A stretch of DNA of 64,000 nucleotides from positions 162,811-226,810 of the forward strand of contig CAWKJD010000003.1 of the NCBI GenBank assembly GCA_963849945.1, written 5' to 3'. A model generated the notes under the pieces. It made no database searches and was not told the DNA's origin. It was given only the letters and a program-made list of their open reading frames with translations. This DNA comes from an uncultured Bacteroidales bacterium. GTDB lineage: Bacteria; Bacteroidota; Bacteroidia; Bacteroidales; VadinHA17. The position numbers and the translations under genes were made by a program. This document shows positions 18,851-28,452 of the stretch, piece after piece; the first letter of the stretch is position 1, and each line of letters starts with the position of its first letter.

Positions 18851-20146
18851 TGTTTTTGCCGGAACGGCATAAAGATCAAATTCAGTTGACCCGGTAACCT
18901 TTACATCAATGAAGGTGCCGGGTTTAATTTTTTCCGGTGAAGTGATCAGTATCTCCTGATCGACCTCAGGGGAGTCATACTGGCTGCGTCCGATGTGGAA
19001 CACTCCCTCCTTCCTGTCAATGATAACCTTCATGACCTTGCCTGTGAGTGAGGCATTTATCTCGCCCGAAATTCTTTGCTGCAGCTCCATAATACGTGCT
19101 ACTCTCTTTTCTTTTGTCTTTTCGGGAATGTCATCAGGGTAATTCAGGAAGGAGTACGTGTTTTCCTCATGCGAATATCTGAAAGCACCCAGCCTTTCAA
19201 ACCTGAATTCTTCGATGAAGCTGAGCAATTCAGCAAAATCTCCCTCCGTTTCTCCGGGATGTCCGGCTATGACCGTCGTGCGTATGGCTGCATCAGGCAC
19301 CTTCAGCCTGATTTCCCTGAGCAGGGCACGTGTCTCCCTGCTGTCATGCAGGCGTCTCATCTTTTTGAGCACCGGGTCAGAGATATGCTGTATTGGTATA
19401 TCGATGTACCTGCAGATCTTCGGATCTGACTGCATCATCTCAAGTATCTCATATGGGAAATCCGTCGGATAAAGGTAATGCAGCCTGAGCCATTCAATTT
19501 CTTTGATTGCGGAAAGCTGCCGTACAAGCTCGGGAAGCATCTGCCTGCCGTACAGGTCCAGACCGTACAAGGTAAGGTCCTGTGCTATGAGTATCAGCTC
19601 TTTAACTCCTCGTGAGGCGAGCAGTTCCGCTTCGGCAACGAGGTCCTCCAGAGGAGGTGAAATATATCGTCCCCTGATATCGGGTATGGCGCAGAAGGCG
19701 CAGGTACGGTCACAACCCTCCGATACTTTCAGATAGGCGTAGTGCGACGGCCCGGTCATGACCCTCTCCCCTGTCAGTTCGGGATGATATCTAAGGCCCA
19801 GATGATTGATTATCGCGGCGGGTCTGTTCACACCGAACCACGCATCGACTTCCGGTATTGCGATGGCCAGGTCATTTCGATACTTCTCGGCAAGGCACCC
19901 GAAGACAAGGAGGCGCCCGCTCCCCTCCTTCTTTATAGCTTCGGCATACCTGATGATTGTGTCCACGCTCTCCTCCTTTGCATCATGGATGAAGCCGCAC
20001 GTGTTTATTATGACAATGTCGGAAGGATCTGATGATTCTGCAGTAACCCTGTAGCCGCCAGCCTGGAGCTGACGCATAAGCTTCTGAGAATCAACGATAT
20101 TCTTTGAGCAGCCGAGGGTGACTATATTGACCCTGTTCTTTTTCAT
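18836..20146 (-). CDS. rimO: ribosomal protein S12 methylthiotransferase
   Basis: 436-aa ORF; N-terminal MTTase domain (VNIVTLGCSKN), radical-SAM CDRTCAFC motif, C-terminal TRAM domain. Confidence 0.9.
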   Translation of the reverse strand: MKKNRVNIVTLGCSKNIVDSQKLMRQLQAGGYRVTAESSDPSDIVIINTCGFIHDAKEESVDTIIRYAEAIKKEGSGRLLVFGCLAEKYRNDLAIAIPEVDAWFGVNRPAAIINHLGLRYHPELTGERVMTGPSHYAYLKVSEGCDRTCAFCAIPDIRGRYISPPLEDLVAEAELLASRGVKELILIAQDLTLYGLDLYGRQMLPELVRQLSAIKEIEWLRLHYLYPTDFPYEILEMMQSDPKICRYIDIPIQHISDPVLKKMRRLHDSRETRALLREIRLKVPDAAIRTTVIAGHPGETEGDFAELLSFIEEFRFERLGAFRYSHEENTYSFLNYPDDIPEKTKEKRVARIMELQQRISGEINASLTGKVMKVIIDRKEGVFHIGRSQYDSPEVDQEILITSPEKIKPGTFIDVKVTGSTEFDLYAVPAKTSLKV

Positions 20147-21114
20147 CAGCTGCGGTCACCGAATAGTGAATCGACAAAGGCGTATCTGTCGAAGATGCGC
20201 AGGTCTTCCATTTTTTCACCCACTCCGATATATTTGACAGGTATTTTGAACTGGTCGGATATCCCGATCACAACACCACCTTTGGCTGTGCCGTCCAGTT
20301 TTGTGATTGCCAGGGCATTGACCTCCGTGGCTGCAGTGAACTGCTTTGCCTGTTCAAAAGCGTTCTGACCGGTCGAACCGTCAAGCACAAGCAGTACCTC
20401 ATGAGGGGCTTCCGGTACCACCTTCTCCATTACTCTCCGGATCTTTGAGAGTTCATTCATGAGCCCTATCTTGTTGTGAAGCCTTCCGGCCGTGTCAATT
20501 ATTACAATATCAATACCTGATGAGACAGCGGATTTGACGGTGTCAAATGCCACTGAGGCAGGATCGGAGCCCATCTGCTGACTGATCATCGGCACACCCG
20601 CCCTCTCCGACCAGATCTTCAGCTGCTCGATAGCTGCTGCCCGGAACGTATCGGCAGCGCCCAGGAGAACATTTCTGCCTGCTTTCCGGAAGTTATATGC
20701 CAGTTTGGCGATGGTCGTTGTCTTTCCGACACCGTTAACGCCTACTACCATTATTACATAGGGTTTTGCAGAAAGAGGTGCGTCAAAGCCTGACGAAATA
20801 TCCTGTGTGTTTTTATTTTCCTCAAGGAGCGCTGCTGTTTCTTCCCGCAGTATGCCGTTAAGCTCAGAGGTGCTTACATATTTGTCACGTGCAACACGCT
20901 TTGAAATCCTGTCGATTATGCGCAGTGTGGTTTCGACACCTACGTCGGCTGAAATAAGCACCTCTTCCAGGTTGTCGAGCACTTCGTCGTCTATTTTTGA
21001 TTTGCCGGCGACAGCCCTGGTTATCCTGGAAAAGACATTCTCACGGGTCTTAACCAGACCCCGGTCAAGTATCTCCTTCTCTTCTTTCCTTAAAAAACCG
21101 AAAAATGCCATCAT
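20146..21114 (-). CDS. ftsY: signal recognition particle receptor FtsY
   Basis: ORF 20146..21168, likely start MMAFFGFL at 21114; NG domain with GVNGVGKTTT, DTAGR, TKLDG motifs. Confidence 0.93.
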   Translation of the reverse strand: MMAFFGFLRKEEKEILDRGLVKTRENVFSRITRAVAGKSKIDDEVLDNLEEVLISADVGVETTLRIIDRISKRVARDKYVSTSELNGILREETAALLEENKNTQDISSGFDAPLSAKPYVIMVVGVNGVGKTTTIAKLAYNFRKAGRNVLLGAADTFRAAAIEQLKIWSERAGVPMISQQMGSDPASVAFDTVKSAVSSGIDIVIIDTAGRLHNKIGLMNELSKIRRVMEKVVPEAPHEVLLVLDGSTGQNAFEQAKQFTAATEVNALAITKLDGTAKGGVVIGISDQFKIPVKYIGVGEKMEDLRIFDRYAFVDSLFGDRS

Positions 21115-21194
21115 GGATCTATTGATCGTCAAAAGTAAAAAAAGAGACGCAATAATCTGCGTCTCCAAACTGTAGCGGATCAGAACAACTGACC

Positions 21195-21350
21195 TTATTT
21201 CTTTGTAAAGAAGTCCTTAACGTGATCGTTATGAACTATTTCCTCTTTGAACTGGTATGCTCCGGTCTTATCTGACTTCACAAGCTTTATGCACTTGGTA
21301 AAGACTTTTCCCGATCCTGTTTTAAGTGTTGCAACAACTTTCTTTGCCAT
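21195..21350 (-). CDS. DUF4295 family small protein
   Basis: 51-aa ORF below the track cutoff (MAKKVVATLKTGSGKVFTKCIKLVKSDKTGAYQFKEEIVHNDHVKDFFTKK); position between rpmG and ftsY is typical of Bacteroidota. Confidence 0.75.
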   Translation of the reverse strand: MAKKVVATLKTGSGKVFTKCIKLVKSDKTGAYQFKEEIVHNDHVKDFFTKK

Positions 21351-21361
21351 GATTCATTGAT

Positions 21362-21550
21362 TTATTTGATCTCCCTGTGAAGGGTCACTTTCTTAAGAAT
21401 AGGATTGTATTTTTTTCTTTCAAGACGGTCCGGTGTATTTTTGCGGTTCTTGGTAGTGATATACCTTGAAGTGCCAGGCATGCCGGATTCCTTATGTTCA
21501 GTGCATTCGAGGATCACCTGGGTCCTGTTGCCTTTGCTTTTCTTTGCCAT
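21362..21550 (-). CDS. rpmG: 50S ribosomal protein L33
   Basis: 62-aa [23 protein letters not shown]...; adjacent to rpmB. Confidence 0.93.
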   Translation of the reverse strand: MAKKSKGNRTQVILECTEHKESGMPGTSRYITTKNRKNTPDRLERKKYNPILKKVTLHREIK

Positions 21551-21566
21551 TTTCTGTCCGGTTTAA

Positions 21567-21806
21567 TTAGTTGACGATATATCCTTTTTCCTTAGCTTCC
21601 TTAAGCACTGAGGCAAGGCCATTCTTATTGATGTTTCTCATCCCTGCTGCTGATACCTTAAGGGTAATCCATCTGTTCTCCTCGGGGATATAATACCTCT
21701 TATTAAACAGATTGGCCATAAACTTTCTTTTGGTCCTCCTCTTTGAGTGGGAAACGTTGTTTCCTATCACTGCCTTCTTTCCGGTGACCTGACAAACTTT
21801 TGACAT
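21567..21806 (-). CDS. rpmB: 50S ribosomal protein L28
   Basis: 79-aa [32 protein letters not shown]... Confidence 0.93.
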   Translation of the reverse strand: MSKVCQVTGKKAVIGNNVSHSKRRTKRKFMANLFNKRYYIPEENRWITLKVSAAGMRNINKNGLASVLKEAKEKGYIVN

Positions 21807-21926
21807 TATTATTCTTTTTTACTTGTTCTGAAAAACTCCGAAAATCGGTTCGCAAAATACGTGATTTTTATTCTATTAACCAAATAAATTGTTCATTTTT
21901 TTATAACAGCCCGAAACAGCGGCAAT

Positions 21927-23171
21927 TTAGTGGCTGATTATCTGTTTCCTGAGCAGGTTTAGAGCACCGTATGATGAGCGTGTGATGTTTGTCAGACGGT
22001 CATCCCCGAAGATGTGCCTTTCGGTGATCAGTCCACTCTCCGAGTCAATGGCAATCCATACGGTTCCGACCGGTTTTTCGGCAGAGCCTCCCGTCGGACC
22101 GGCAATTCCTGTCACCGAAATGGCGTAATCAGTCCCCATCAGATGTCTGACATTCCTGGCCATCTCCCCCGCTGTTTCAGCGCTGACAGCACCGAAAAGC
22201 CTGATTGTTTCGGGATTCACTCCGAGCAGGCCGGTTTTGATGCTGTTGTCATATGCCACGACTGAGCCCCTGAACCAGCCCGAGCTTCCGGGCACTGAAG
22301 TAATCAGCGAGGCTATCCTCCCCCCGGTACAGCTTTCCGCAGTAGCTAAAGTTAAGTTATTGTCATAAAGTATTTTGCCAATAACTTCCTCAAGCATAAC
22401 TTCATCTTCTCCATAGATGACATCCGGGATTATTTTATACAGTTTTGCAACCTGTTCACTGACACTGCTCCGCATCTTTTTTTCATCACTGCCTGAAGCT
22501 GTGAGGCGTAGCTTTATAACGCCGTATGCCGGAAGGTAGGCGAGCCTGATATCTGCCGGCAGCTCCTTTTCAAATGTCCCGAGCCTCTCTGCAAGCATGG
22601 CCTCTGCGACGCCATACGTCATGATGTTTTTATGCACTATCACTGTTCCCTTTAGTTTCTCTGCAAGCAAAGGGAGAACATGCTCTTTCATGATATGCTT
22701 CATCTCATAAGGAACTCCGGGCATGGAAACAATTATTTTATCCTGCTTTTCGAACAGCATTCCGGGAGCAGTACCTGTGAGGTTACGGAGGACCCTGCAG
22801 TTATCCGGCACCATTGCTTGCCGCCGGTTGTTTTCATTCATCTGAAAATTACGCTTCCGCAGTCTTTCCGTCACATCTGCAAGCACTCTGTCGTCCTGCA
22901 CCAGCCTGCCTCCGAAATAGTCAGCAAGGGTCCCCTTAGTTATATCATCACTTGTAGGTCCCAGGCCTCCCGTTATCAGCACCACCCCGGCACGGGAGAG
23001 GGATTCATCCAGGGCACTGATGATCTCATTCCTGCTGTCTGACACGGAAGTAATACGATTCACCCTGATGCCCAGGAGGTTGAGCTCAGTGCCCATCCAT
23101 GCCGAGTTGGTGTCAACGGTCTGTCCTATAAGGATCTCATCTCCTATGGTTATAATCTCAACGCTGTTCAT
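21927..23171 (-). CDS. cinA: competence/damage-inducible protein CinA (MoCF-binding domain plus nicotinamide-nucleotide amidase domain)
   Basis: 414-aa ORF; N-terminal IITIGDEILIGQTVDTNS and GGLGPTSDDIT; C-terminal PncC-like domain (TAESCTGG). Confidence 0.88.
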   Translation of the reverse strand: MNSVEIITIGDEILIGQTVDTNSAWMGTELNLLGIRVNRITSVSDSRNEIISALDESLSRAGVVLITGGLGPTSDDITKGTLADYFGGRLVQDDRVLADVTERLRKRNFQMNENNRRQAMVPDNCRVLRNLTGTAPGMLFEKQDKIIVSMPGVPYEMKHIMKEHVLPLLAEKLKGTVIVHKNIMTYGVAEAMLAERLGTFEKELPADIRLAYLPAYGVIKLRLTASGSDEKKMRSSVSEQVAKLYKIIPDVIYGEDEVMLEEVIGKILYDNNLTLATAESCTGGRIASLITSVPGSSGWFRGSVVAYDNSIKTGLLGVNPETIRLFGAVSAETAGEMARNVRHLMGTDYAISVTGIAGPTGGSAEKPVGTVWIAIDSESGLITERHIFGDDRLTNITRSSYGALNLLRKQIISH

Positions 23172-23243
23172 ATCTTGGTTAACATTATTGAAAGGTGAGG
23201 CAAAATTATCAATATTTTGTGGCTGAAAAGCCTTTTGAATGAC

Positions 23244-23885
23244 ATGACAGACAAAACACAGATATTAAAATTTGTCGAAGATTTTGTCAGGGAAGCCGTA
23301 CAGAAACACGACAGCGGCCACGGATGGTCTCATATTGAGAGAGTTGTGAGGCTGGCACTGCATATCAATGAGTGTGAAGGGAAGGGCGACAGGTACATCA
23401 TTGAACTTGGGGCACTGCTGCATGATATAGGCGACAGTAAATTCGCCGCACATGACGGGCCTGCAGAAATCAGACGGATACTCGGCTCACAGGGTGTGGA
23501 CCAGGGTATTACAGATGAGGTTGTAAGTATAAATGAAAGCATTTCTTTCTCCAAAGGGAAAAACAACACTCCCAAAAGTGATGAACTGCAGATTGTACAG
23601 GATGCCGACAGGCTTGACGCGATGGGTGCCATAGGTATCGCCAGGGCATTCAATTACGGAGGATTTGCCGGTAATGAGATTTATGACCCGGGGGAGGGCT
23701 ATGCCAACCCGCCGAACCTTGGCGCTGCAAGGTCACATTCATCATCCACTGTCAATCATTTCTATGATAAGTTGCTGCGTCTGAGGGACCTTATGAATAC
23801 TGACACGGGACGAAAACTGGCCGCGGAAAGACATGATTTTATGGTCAGCTACCTTGAGCAGTTTTACCGGGAGTGGAACAGTTGA
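23244..23885 (+). CDS. HD-domain phosphohydrolase
   Basis: ORF 23217..23885, likely start MTDKTQ at 23244; HGWSHIERV ... LLHDIGD metal-binding HD motif. Confidence 0.8.
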   Translation: MTDKTQILKFVEDFVREAVQKHDSGHGWSHIERVVRLALHINECEGKGDRYIIELGALLHDIGDSKFAAHDGPAEIRRILGSQGVDQGITDEVVSINESISFSKGKNNTPKSDELQIVQDADRLDAMGAIGIARAFNYGGFAGNEIYDPGEGYANPPNLGAARSHSSSTVNHFYDKLLRLRDLMNTDTGRKLAAERHDFMVSYLEQFYREWNS

Positions 23886-23935
23886 AAACAATTTAATATG
23901 GTATTTTTACATTTATAAATTAAAACCGTTTTAAC

Positions 23936-24490
23936 ATGTTCATAGGATTAATTATTTTCATTGCAGCCCTGGCTTTGCTTGCCGTAGGGATGTATAACAG
24001 GCTGGTTAAGCTCAGGAATAACCGTGAGAATGCCTTTGCTGACATTGATGTCCAGCTGAAGCAGCGTCTCGATCTGATACCTCAGCTGGTTGAAGCCGTT
24101 AAGGCTTATATGAAGCATGAGAGCACCGTGCTTACTGAAATAACTAAGGCGCGAGCCAGTGCCATTGAGGCTAAAGGCATTGATGAAAAGATTGCTGCAG
24201 ACGGAAAACTTTCGTCAGCTCTGCAGGGACTGAGGGTTGCCGTGGAAGCTTATCCTGATCTGAAAGCCAGCCAGAATTTCATGCAGCTGCAGGGAGAGAT
24301 CGCAGACATCGAGAATAAACTTGCAGCAGCACGCAGGTTCTTTAACTCAGCAACGAAAGAGCTGAACAACGCCGTTGAAACGTTCCCGTCAAACCTTCTT
24401 GCAGGTATGTTCGGATTCAAACGTGAAACGATGTACGATCTGGGCGAAAAGAGGACAATGGTTGAGGAGGCGCCTAAACTGAATTTTTAA
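23936..24490 (+). CDS. lemA: LemA family protein
   Basis: 184-aa ORF; N-terminal TM then YNRLVKLRNNRENAFADIDVQLKQR, typical LemA. Confidence 0.88.
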   Translation: MFIGLIIFIAALALLAVGMYNRLVKLRNNRENAFADIDVQLKQRLDLIPQLVEAVKAYMKHESTVLTEITKARASAIEAKGIDEKIAADGKLSSALQGLRVAVEAYPDLKASQNFMQLQGEIADIENKLAAARRFFNSATKELNNAVETFPSNLLAGMFGFKRETMYDLGEKRTMVEEAPKLNF

Positions 24491-24496
24491 GGGCAG

Positions 24497-25432
24497 ATGA
24501 AATATATCGGTCTTAACCGGCAGATTTGGAACAATAATTTCAAATCGGTTGTATTGCTTATACTCTTTCCGGCTGTGATTTTAGGGCTGGTATGGCTCTT
24601 TATTTTCTTTGTTCAGCCCGATCCCGGGTTCAGGATCGACTATGCCAACGAGAAGTTTTTGAGAACGGTACCCTGGGTTTCGATAGCGGTGATATTATGG
24701 TTTACCGTAGCCTGGTTTTCTCACTCAAAGATGATTGAAAATGCTACTGGTTCTGCCCCTCTTAGCCGGAAAGAGAATATGAGAATTTATAATCTCGTTG
24801 AGAATCTCTGTATAAGCAGTGGCATGCCGATGCCGAAAATAAACATCATTGAGGATGAATCGCTTAATGCCTTTGCAAGCGGAATAAATAAATCCACATT
24901 CACCGTCTCGCTGTCAAGGGGTATAATCAACAAGCTTGACGATGCAGAACTTGAGGCAGTGATAGCGCATGAGCTCACACATATAAGGAACAGGGATGTC
25001 AGGCTGCTGATAGTGTCAATAGTATTTGTAGGCATATTTGCCTTTCTTACCGAAGCAATAGTCCGCTCGGTAAGGTTCAGCGGAGGTAGCAGAGGAAAAA
25101 AAGATGGCCGTGTGATAATTGTGGCACTGCTTCTTGCCGCCCTGGGCTATTTCCTGTCATCTGTCTTCAGGTTTGCAATTTCAAGACAGCGGGAGTATAT
25201 GGCTGACGGCGGCTCGGCCCTCATGACAAAGAATCCTCTTGCACTTGCCTCAGCATTGGAGAAGATATCCGTTGATCCCCGGATAGAGGCAGTCAAACGC
25301 AATGATGTCGCACAGCTTTTTATCGAGAATCCACAGGATAAAAAGATCAGGCCAGCCTCATTCTCTTTCAGTATGATATTCATGACCCATCCCCCCATCG
25401 AAAAAAGAATTGCTGTTCTGAAACAATTCTGA
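24497..25432 (+). CDS. M48 family zinc metallopeptidase (HtpX-like), membrane-bound
   Basis: 311-aa ORF; TM segments, HELTHIRNRD (HExxH) motif; 6 nt downstream of lemA (conserved pairing). Confidence 0.85.
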   Translation: MKYIGLNRQIWNNNFKSVVLLILFPAVILGLVWLFIFFVQPDPGFRIDYANEKFLRTVPWVSIAVILWFTVAWFSHSKMIENATGSAPLSRKENMRIYNLVENLCISSGMPMPKINIIEDESLNAFASGINKSTFTVSLSRGIINKLDDAELEAVIAHELTHIRNRDVRLLIVSIVFVGIFAFLTEAIVRSVRFSGGSRGKKDGRVIIVALLLAALGYFLSSVFRFAISRQREYMADGGSALMTKNPLALASALEKISVDPRIEAVKRNDVAQLFIENPQDKKIRPASFSFSMIFMTHPPIEKRIAVLKQF

Positions 25433-25534
25433 CACAAAGAAGAACTCTGAAACAATAATTGATCGTAACTTTGTTAATTGAGAGGCAGACCAGTACAGCC
25501 TCCGGATTATGATTTCAGATTAATGACTGAGAAT

Positions 25535-26254
25535 ATGAAAAGAAGCATAATTTTATTTGTATCATTTCTGAGTGTCCTGAACATATTTCCCCAGAACACC
25601 ATCGCGTATCAGGCCGGGATTACAGGCCAGAGAAACCTGCAGGATATTGCTAACCTTGCACCCTATACCGGCGCCATGGGCTTTGATAAAAGGTACGAAG
25701 GGGTTAAAGGGTCAACCAGACTGTTTGACACTCTTGTCACGTCAGCGATCCTTGTCAGGGGCCAGGATAAGTACATCAAGCTGCAAAGCGATATAGATGT
25801 GGTAAATAACTCGCTGGTATTTATGCATTCCGGTAAGGGAGCACTTATGGAGATCCCATCAGATACAATTGCGGAACTATATGTCTTCAGGGATGATAAA
25901 CCTATGTTTTATCGGACGACCAGGGATATTAAGCTTGACAAGGAAGTTGAGGGTGATAAGTTCTATCAGGTTTTGAAGAAAGGTCCCGACACGTTCATCA
26001 AGATACCGGAAAAGAAGTTTGTAGAGGCAGATTACAAACGTGTCTTCAGTCCTGACATACGGTATGATGAATTCAAGCCGGTCAGCAAGTATTATATAAA
26101 GGGTCCTGACAGTATTTATCACCGGGTTCAGTTAAATAAGAAGTCACTTGAAAAGATGTTTCCCGATAAGAAAGAGCTGATTGAAAAGGGTTTTGAGGGT
26201 AAGTTTGAAAGTGACGCGGAAATGGCTGTTATTTCAATTCTTGAGCAGTTTTGA
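25535..26254 (+). CDS. hypothetical secreted protein
   Basis: ORF 25478..26254; likely start MKRSIILFVSFLSVLNIFPQ (signal peptide) at 25535; no recognised domain. Confidence 0.55.
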   Translation: MKRSIILFVSFLSVLNIFPQNTIAYQAGITGQRNLQDIANLAPYTGAMGFDKRYEGVKGSTRLFDTLVTSAILVRGQDKYIKLQSDIDVVNNSLVFMHSGKGALMEIPSDTIAELYVFRDDKPMFYRTTRDIKLDKEVEGDKFYQVLKKGPDTFIKIPEKKFVEADYKRVFSPDIRYDEFKPVSKYYIKGPDSIYHRVQLNKKSLEKMFPDKKELIEKGFEGKFESDAEMAVISILEQF

Positions 26255-26298
26255 ACTTACAGGAAACGAGATTGTTGCGCCTGCGACGCGATCTCTGA

Positions 26299-26327
26299 GG
26301 AGGCTGCTCTCGCAGCCTTCTTTTATT
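26299..26327. terminator. rho-independent terminator (AGGCTGC-TCTC-GCAGCCT plus T-rich tail)
   Basis: Hairpin followed by TTCTTTTATTT; lies immediately before the displaced tRNA-Gly 3' fragment. Confidence 0.7.
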
Positions 26328-26386
26328 TGAGCGGGAAACGAGACTGTTCAATGCATTTTCCCATGTAACTATTTGATGTATTTTTC

Positions 26387-26394
26387 TATATTTG
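26387..26394 (+). promoter_or_regulatory. candidate -7 promoter box (TATATTTG)
   Basis: Exact TAnnTTTG match 6 nt upstream of the ATG at 26400. Confidence 0.3.
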
Positions 26395-26399
26395 TAGCG

Positions 26400-26705
26400 A
26401 TGGGGAAGGCAGCAAAATCAAAAAAATATCTGGCGTTAACAATAACTTTTGTCTTGTTAATGACTAATTGCATTTCTGTCAATTTGATTACCCGGAACGG
26501 AATGATTTTAACTTATGAATGTTACGATTTTTCAGAGCAATGTGAACATTCATATACCCATTGTTTCGAAGATGAAATGCTATACTTTGAAACAGCCGCA
26601 AAACCCTGCAAATTAGAAATTCTAAAAGATTCTCTTTTATTTACCAACCCTGATTTCTCCAATTGTTATAGCTCAAAAATCTGGCAACCGCCAAAAAACT
26701 CCTAA
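26400..26705 (+). CDS. small predicted exported protein with C-terminal IWQPP motif (paralog 1)
   Basis: ORF 26373..26705, likely start MGKAAKSKKYLALTITFVLLMTNC at 26400; hydrophobic N-terminus; Cys/His/acidic-rich middle; ends SSKIWQPPKNS. Confidence 0.5.
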   Translation: MGKAAKSKKYLALTITFVLLMTNCISVNLITRNGMILTYECYDFSEQCEHSYTHCFEDEMLYFETAAKPCKLEILKDSLLFTNPDFSNCYSSKIWQPPKNS

Positions 26706-26750
26706 CTTATTATAATAGTTCATTGGAGTTTTAACTTTTAACTCTTTCAA

Positions 26751-27001
26751 ATGGTAAAAGAAAAGAAAAGGGTGGCGCTGATATCAGTTTTTGAAGCTAT
26801 TTTTTTAAAAGGATTTAACCTGGTTATTGGAATTCTGACAGTTAGTTTGGTGAGATTATCCGAAGCATTGCATTCGGGACTCAATTTGATTACTGCCGCA
26901 ATAACATTTTTTCAGTCAGGATATCTGATAAACAAGCGGACAAAGAACATAATTACGGACGCGGCAAAATCGAAAACTTCTCTGTCTTCGGGAGCCGGTA
27001 G
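26751..27001 (+). pseudogene. N-terminal fragment of a cation diffusion facilitator (CDF) transporter, frameshifted and truncated
   Basis: LISVFEAIFLKGFNLVIGILT...LSEALHSGLNLITAAITFF matches CDF TM1-TM2. After a T6 run (26908-26913) the motif ADKEHNYGRGKIENFS continues in another frame and stops at 26999-27001. Total is about 83 aa versus about 300 aa expected. Confidence 0.6.
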
Positions 27002-27037
27002 TAATTTTAAACATTTTATTAAATATTAAATACTTGT

Positions 27038-27818
27038 ATGAAATCAACCAGAAGATTATTGCAGAAATGGTCAATAGCATTAAGAATATTGCCATTAATT
27101 ATATTGGTGACCGCACTAAAGTTTGGTACACATAAATTTGGTTTTGAAGTGATGGAATTAAATGCGCTGTTCTCAAGTTTGGTAGCGGGCACAATCTTCC
27201 TTATTGGATTTCTAATTTCAGGTGTCCTTACTGATTATAAGGAGAGCGAAAAATTGCCAAGCGAACTTGCCGCACTATTACGAAATCTTTATGATGATAC
27301 ATTGACTATTCATAAAGGTAAAAACTCGGTGGCTGCCAAAGAATTTATTGTATTTCAACAGGACTATATCGGTTCCCTGAAGGATTGGTTTTATAAAAAG
27401 GTAAAAATTAAGGTTGTCTTGGACAAACTTAGTTCAATGAACGAATATTTTATCGCACTGGATAAAGAAGGTATACAGGCGAATTATATTATTAAAATGA
27501 AAAATGAGCAAAATAATATCCGTAAAATGATCATGAGAATCGATACAATAAGAGATACCGAGTTCGTTGGTTCTGCCTATGCAATTGTCGAAGCAATGGG
27601 GATTTCTTACTGTATTTGGTCTTCTTATTATAAGAATTGAGCCATTTTATGCTTCACTCTTTCTCACTTTACTGATAACTTTCTTAATATCATATATGTT
27701 CTATTTAATAAAAGACCTCGACAATCCTTTTGATTATGTAACCAGGGGAGAAACTGGAACAGAAATATCATTAAAACCAATTCACGATTTTGCAGCGATA
27801 ATTCTTGATTCGAAATAA
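27038..27818 (+). pseudogene. bestrophin-like/DUF4239-like membrane protein split by a frameshift
   Basis: ORFs 27038..27640 and 27567..27818 are in different frames. Removing one G from the G4 run at 27598-27601 joins ...AIVEAMG to FLTVFGLLII.... C-terminal LIKDLDNPF motif. Confidence 0.5.
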
Positions 27819-27825
27819 AGTTTAA

Positions 27826-28101
27826 ATGGTAAAAAAAATTATCAAATTCAGCATAACATTAATGTCTGTTGTGCTTTTGAACCAGACGTTGATGAATTTC
27901 AACAATTTACCAACACTGATTAATTCCGGGTGTTCAGTTGATTATGCTATTCAGGTGACTGAAGATAGTCATGAAGATGATAATTTTTCTTTTGGCAGTG
28001 CCACAAATTATTGCCTGACAATAAATCAAAATCTTCCAGGTTCACGAGGTCCATATATTATATCAGGGATTTCGCCGTCCATCTGGCAGCCTCCGGAATA
28101 G
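27826..28101 (+). CDS. small predicted exported protein with C-terminal IWQPP motif (paralog 2)
   Basis: 91-aa ORF; hydrophobic N-terminus (FSITLMSVVLL), acidic/His patch (EDSHEDDNFSF), ends SPSIWQPPE. Confidence 0.5.
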   Translation: MVKKIIKFSITLMSVVLLNQTLMNFNNLPTLINSGCSVDYAIQVTEDSHEDDNFSFGSATNYCLTINQNLPGSRGPYIISGISPSIWQPPE

Positions 28102-28174
28102 TATTTATTTATTCAGGATTCATTTCAAGGAGACTGGATTTCCGGTTATTTCACATTCTCATAAAAATGTAAAA

Positions 28175-28288
28175 ATGAAAAAGATATATATATTATTGTT
28201 GGTTTTAATATTGTCAATAACTGTTATTAGTTGCGACAGAGACGAATGCCCGGTATGTCATGAGTGTGAGTGTGTTTGTCCAGGTTGA
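28175..28288 (+). CDS. 37-aa putative lipoprotein with Cys-rich tail
   Basis: Below the track cutoff: MKKIYILLLVLILSITVISCDRDECPVCHECECVCPG; signal peptide plus Cys (lipobox-like), then 6 more Cys in 17 residues. Confidence 0.4.
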   Translation: MKKIYILLLVLILSITVISCDRDECPVCHECECVCPG

Positions 28289-28423
28289 ATTTCCCGGAGA
28301 AACTGAAAGAACTTCCGGTATGACACCGAAACTATTGTGAATTAAAATGTTTTAGATGATTACATTTTGAGTCGATTTTTGACAAACTCCAAAATTCAGA
28401 GTAGGTCAGTATGAATAATAAAA

Positions 28424-28450
28424 GCTCCGACGATGTCGGGGCTTTTTGTT
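28424..28450. terminator. bidirectional hairpin terminator (GCTCCGAC-GAT-GTCGGGGC) flanking the tRNA-Gly 3' end
   Basis: Hairpin with TTTTTGTT on the plus strand and CTTTTATT on the minus strand. Confidence 0.7.
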
Positions 28451-28452
28451 TG

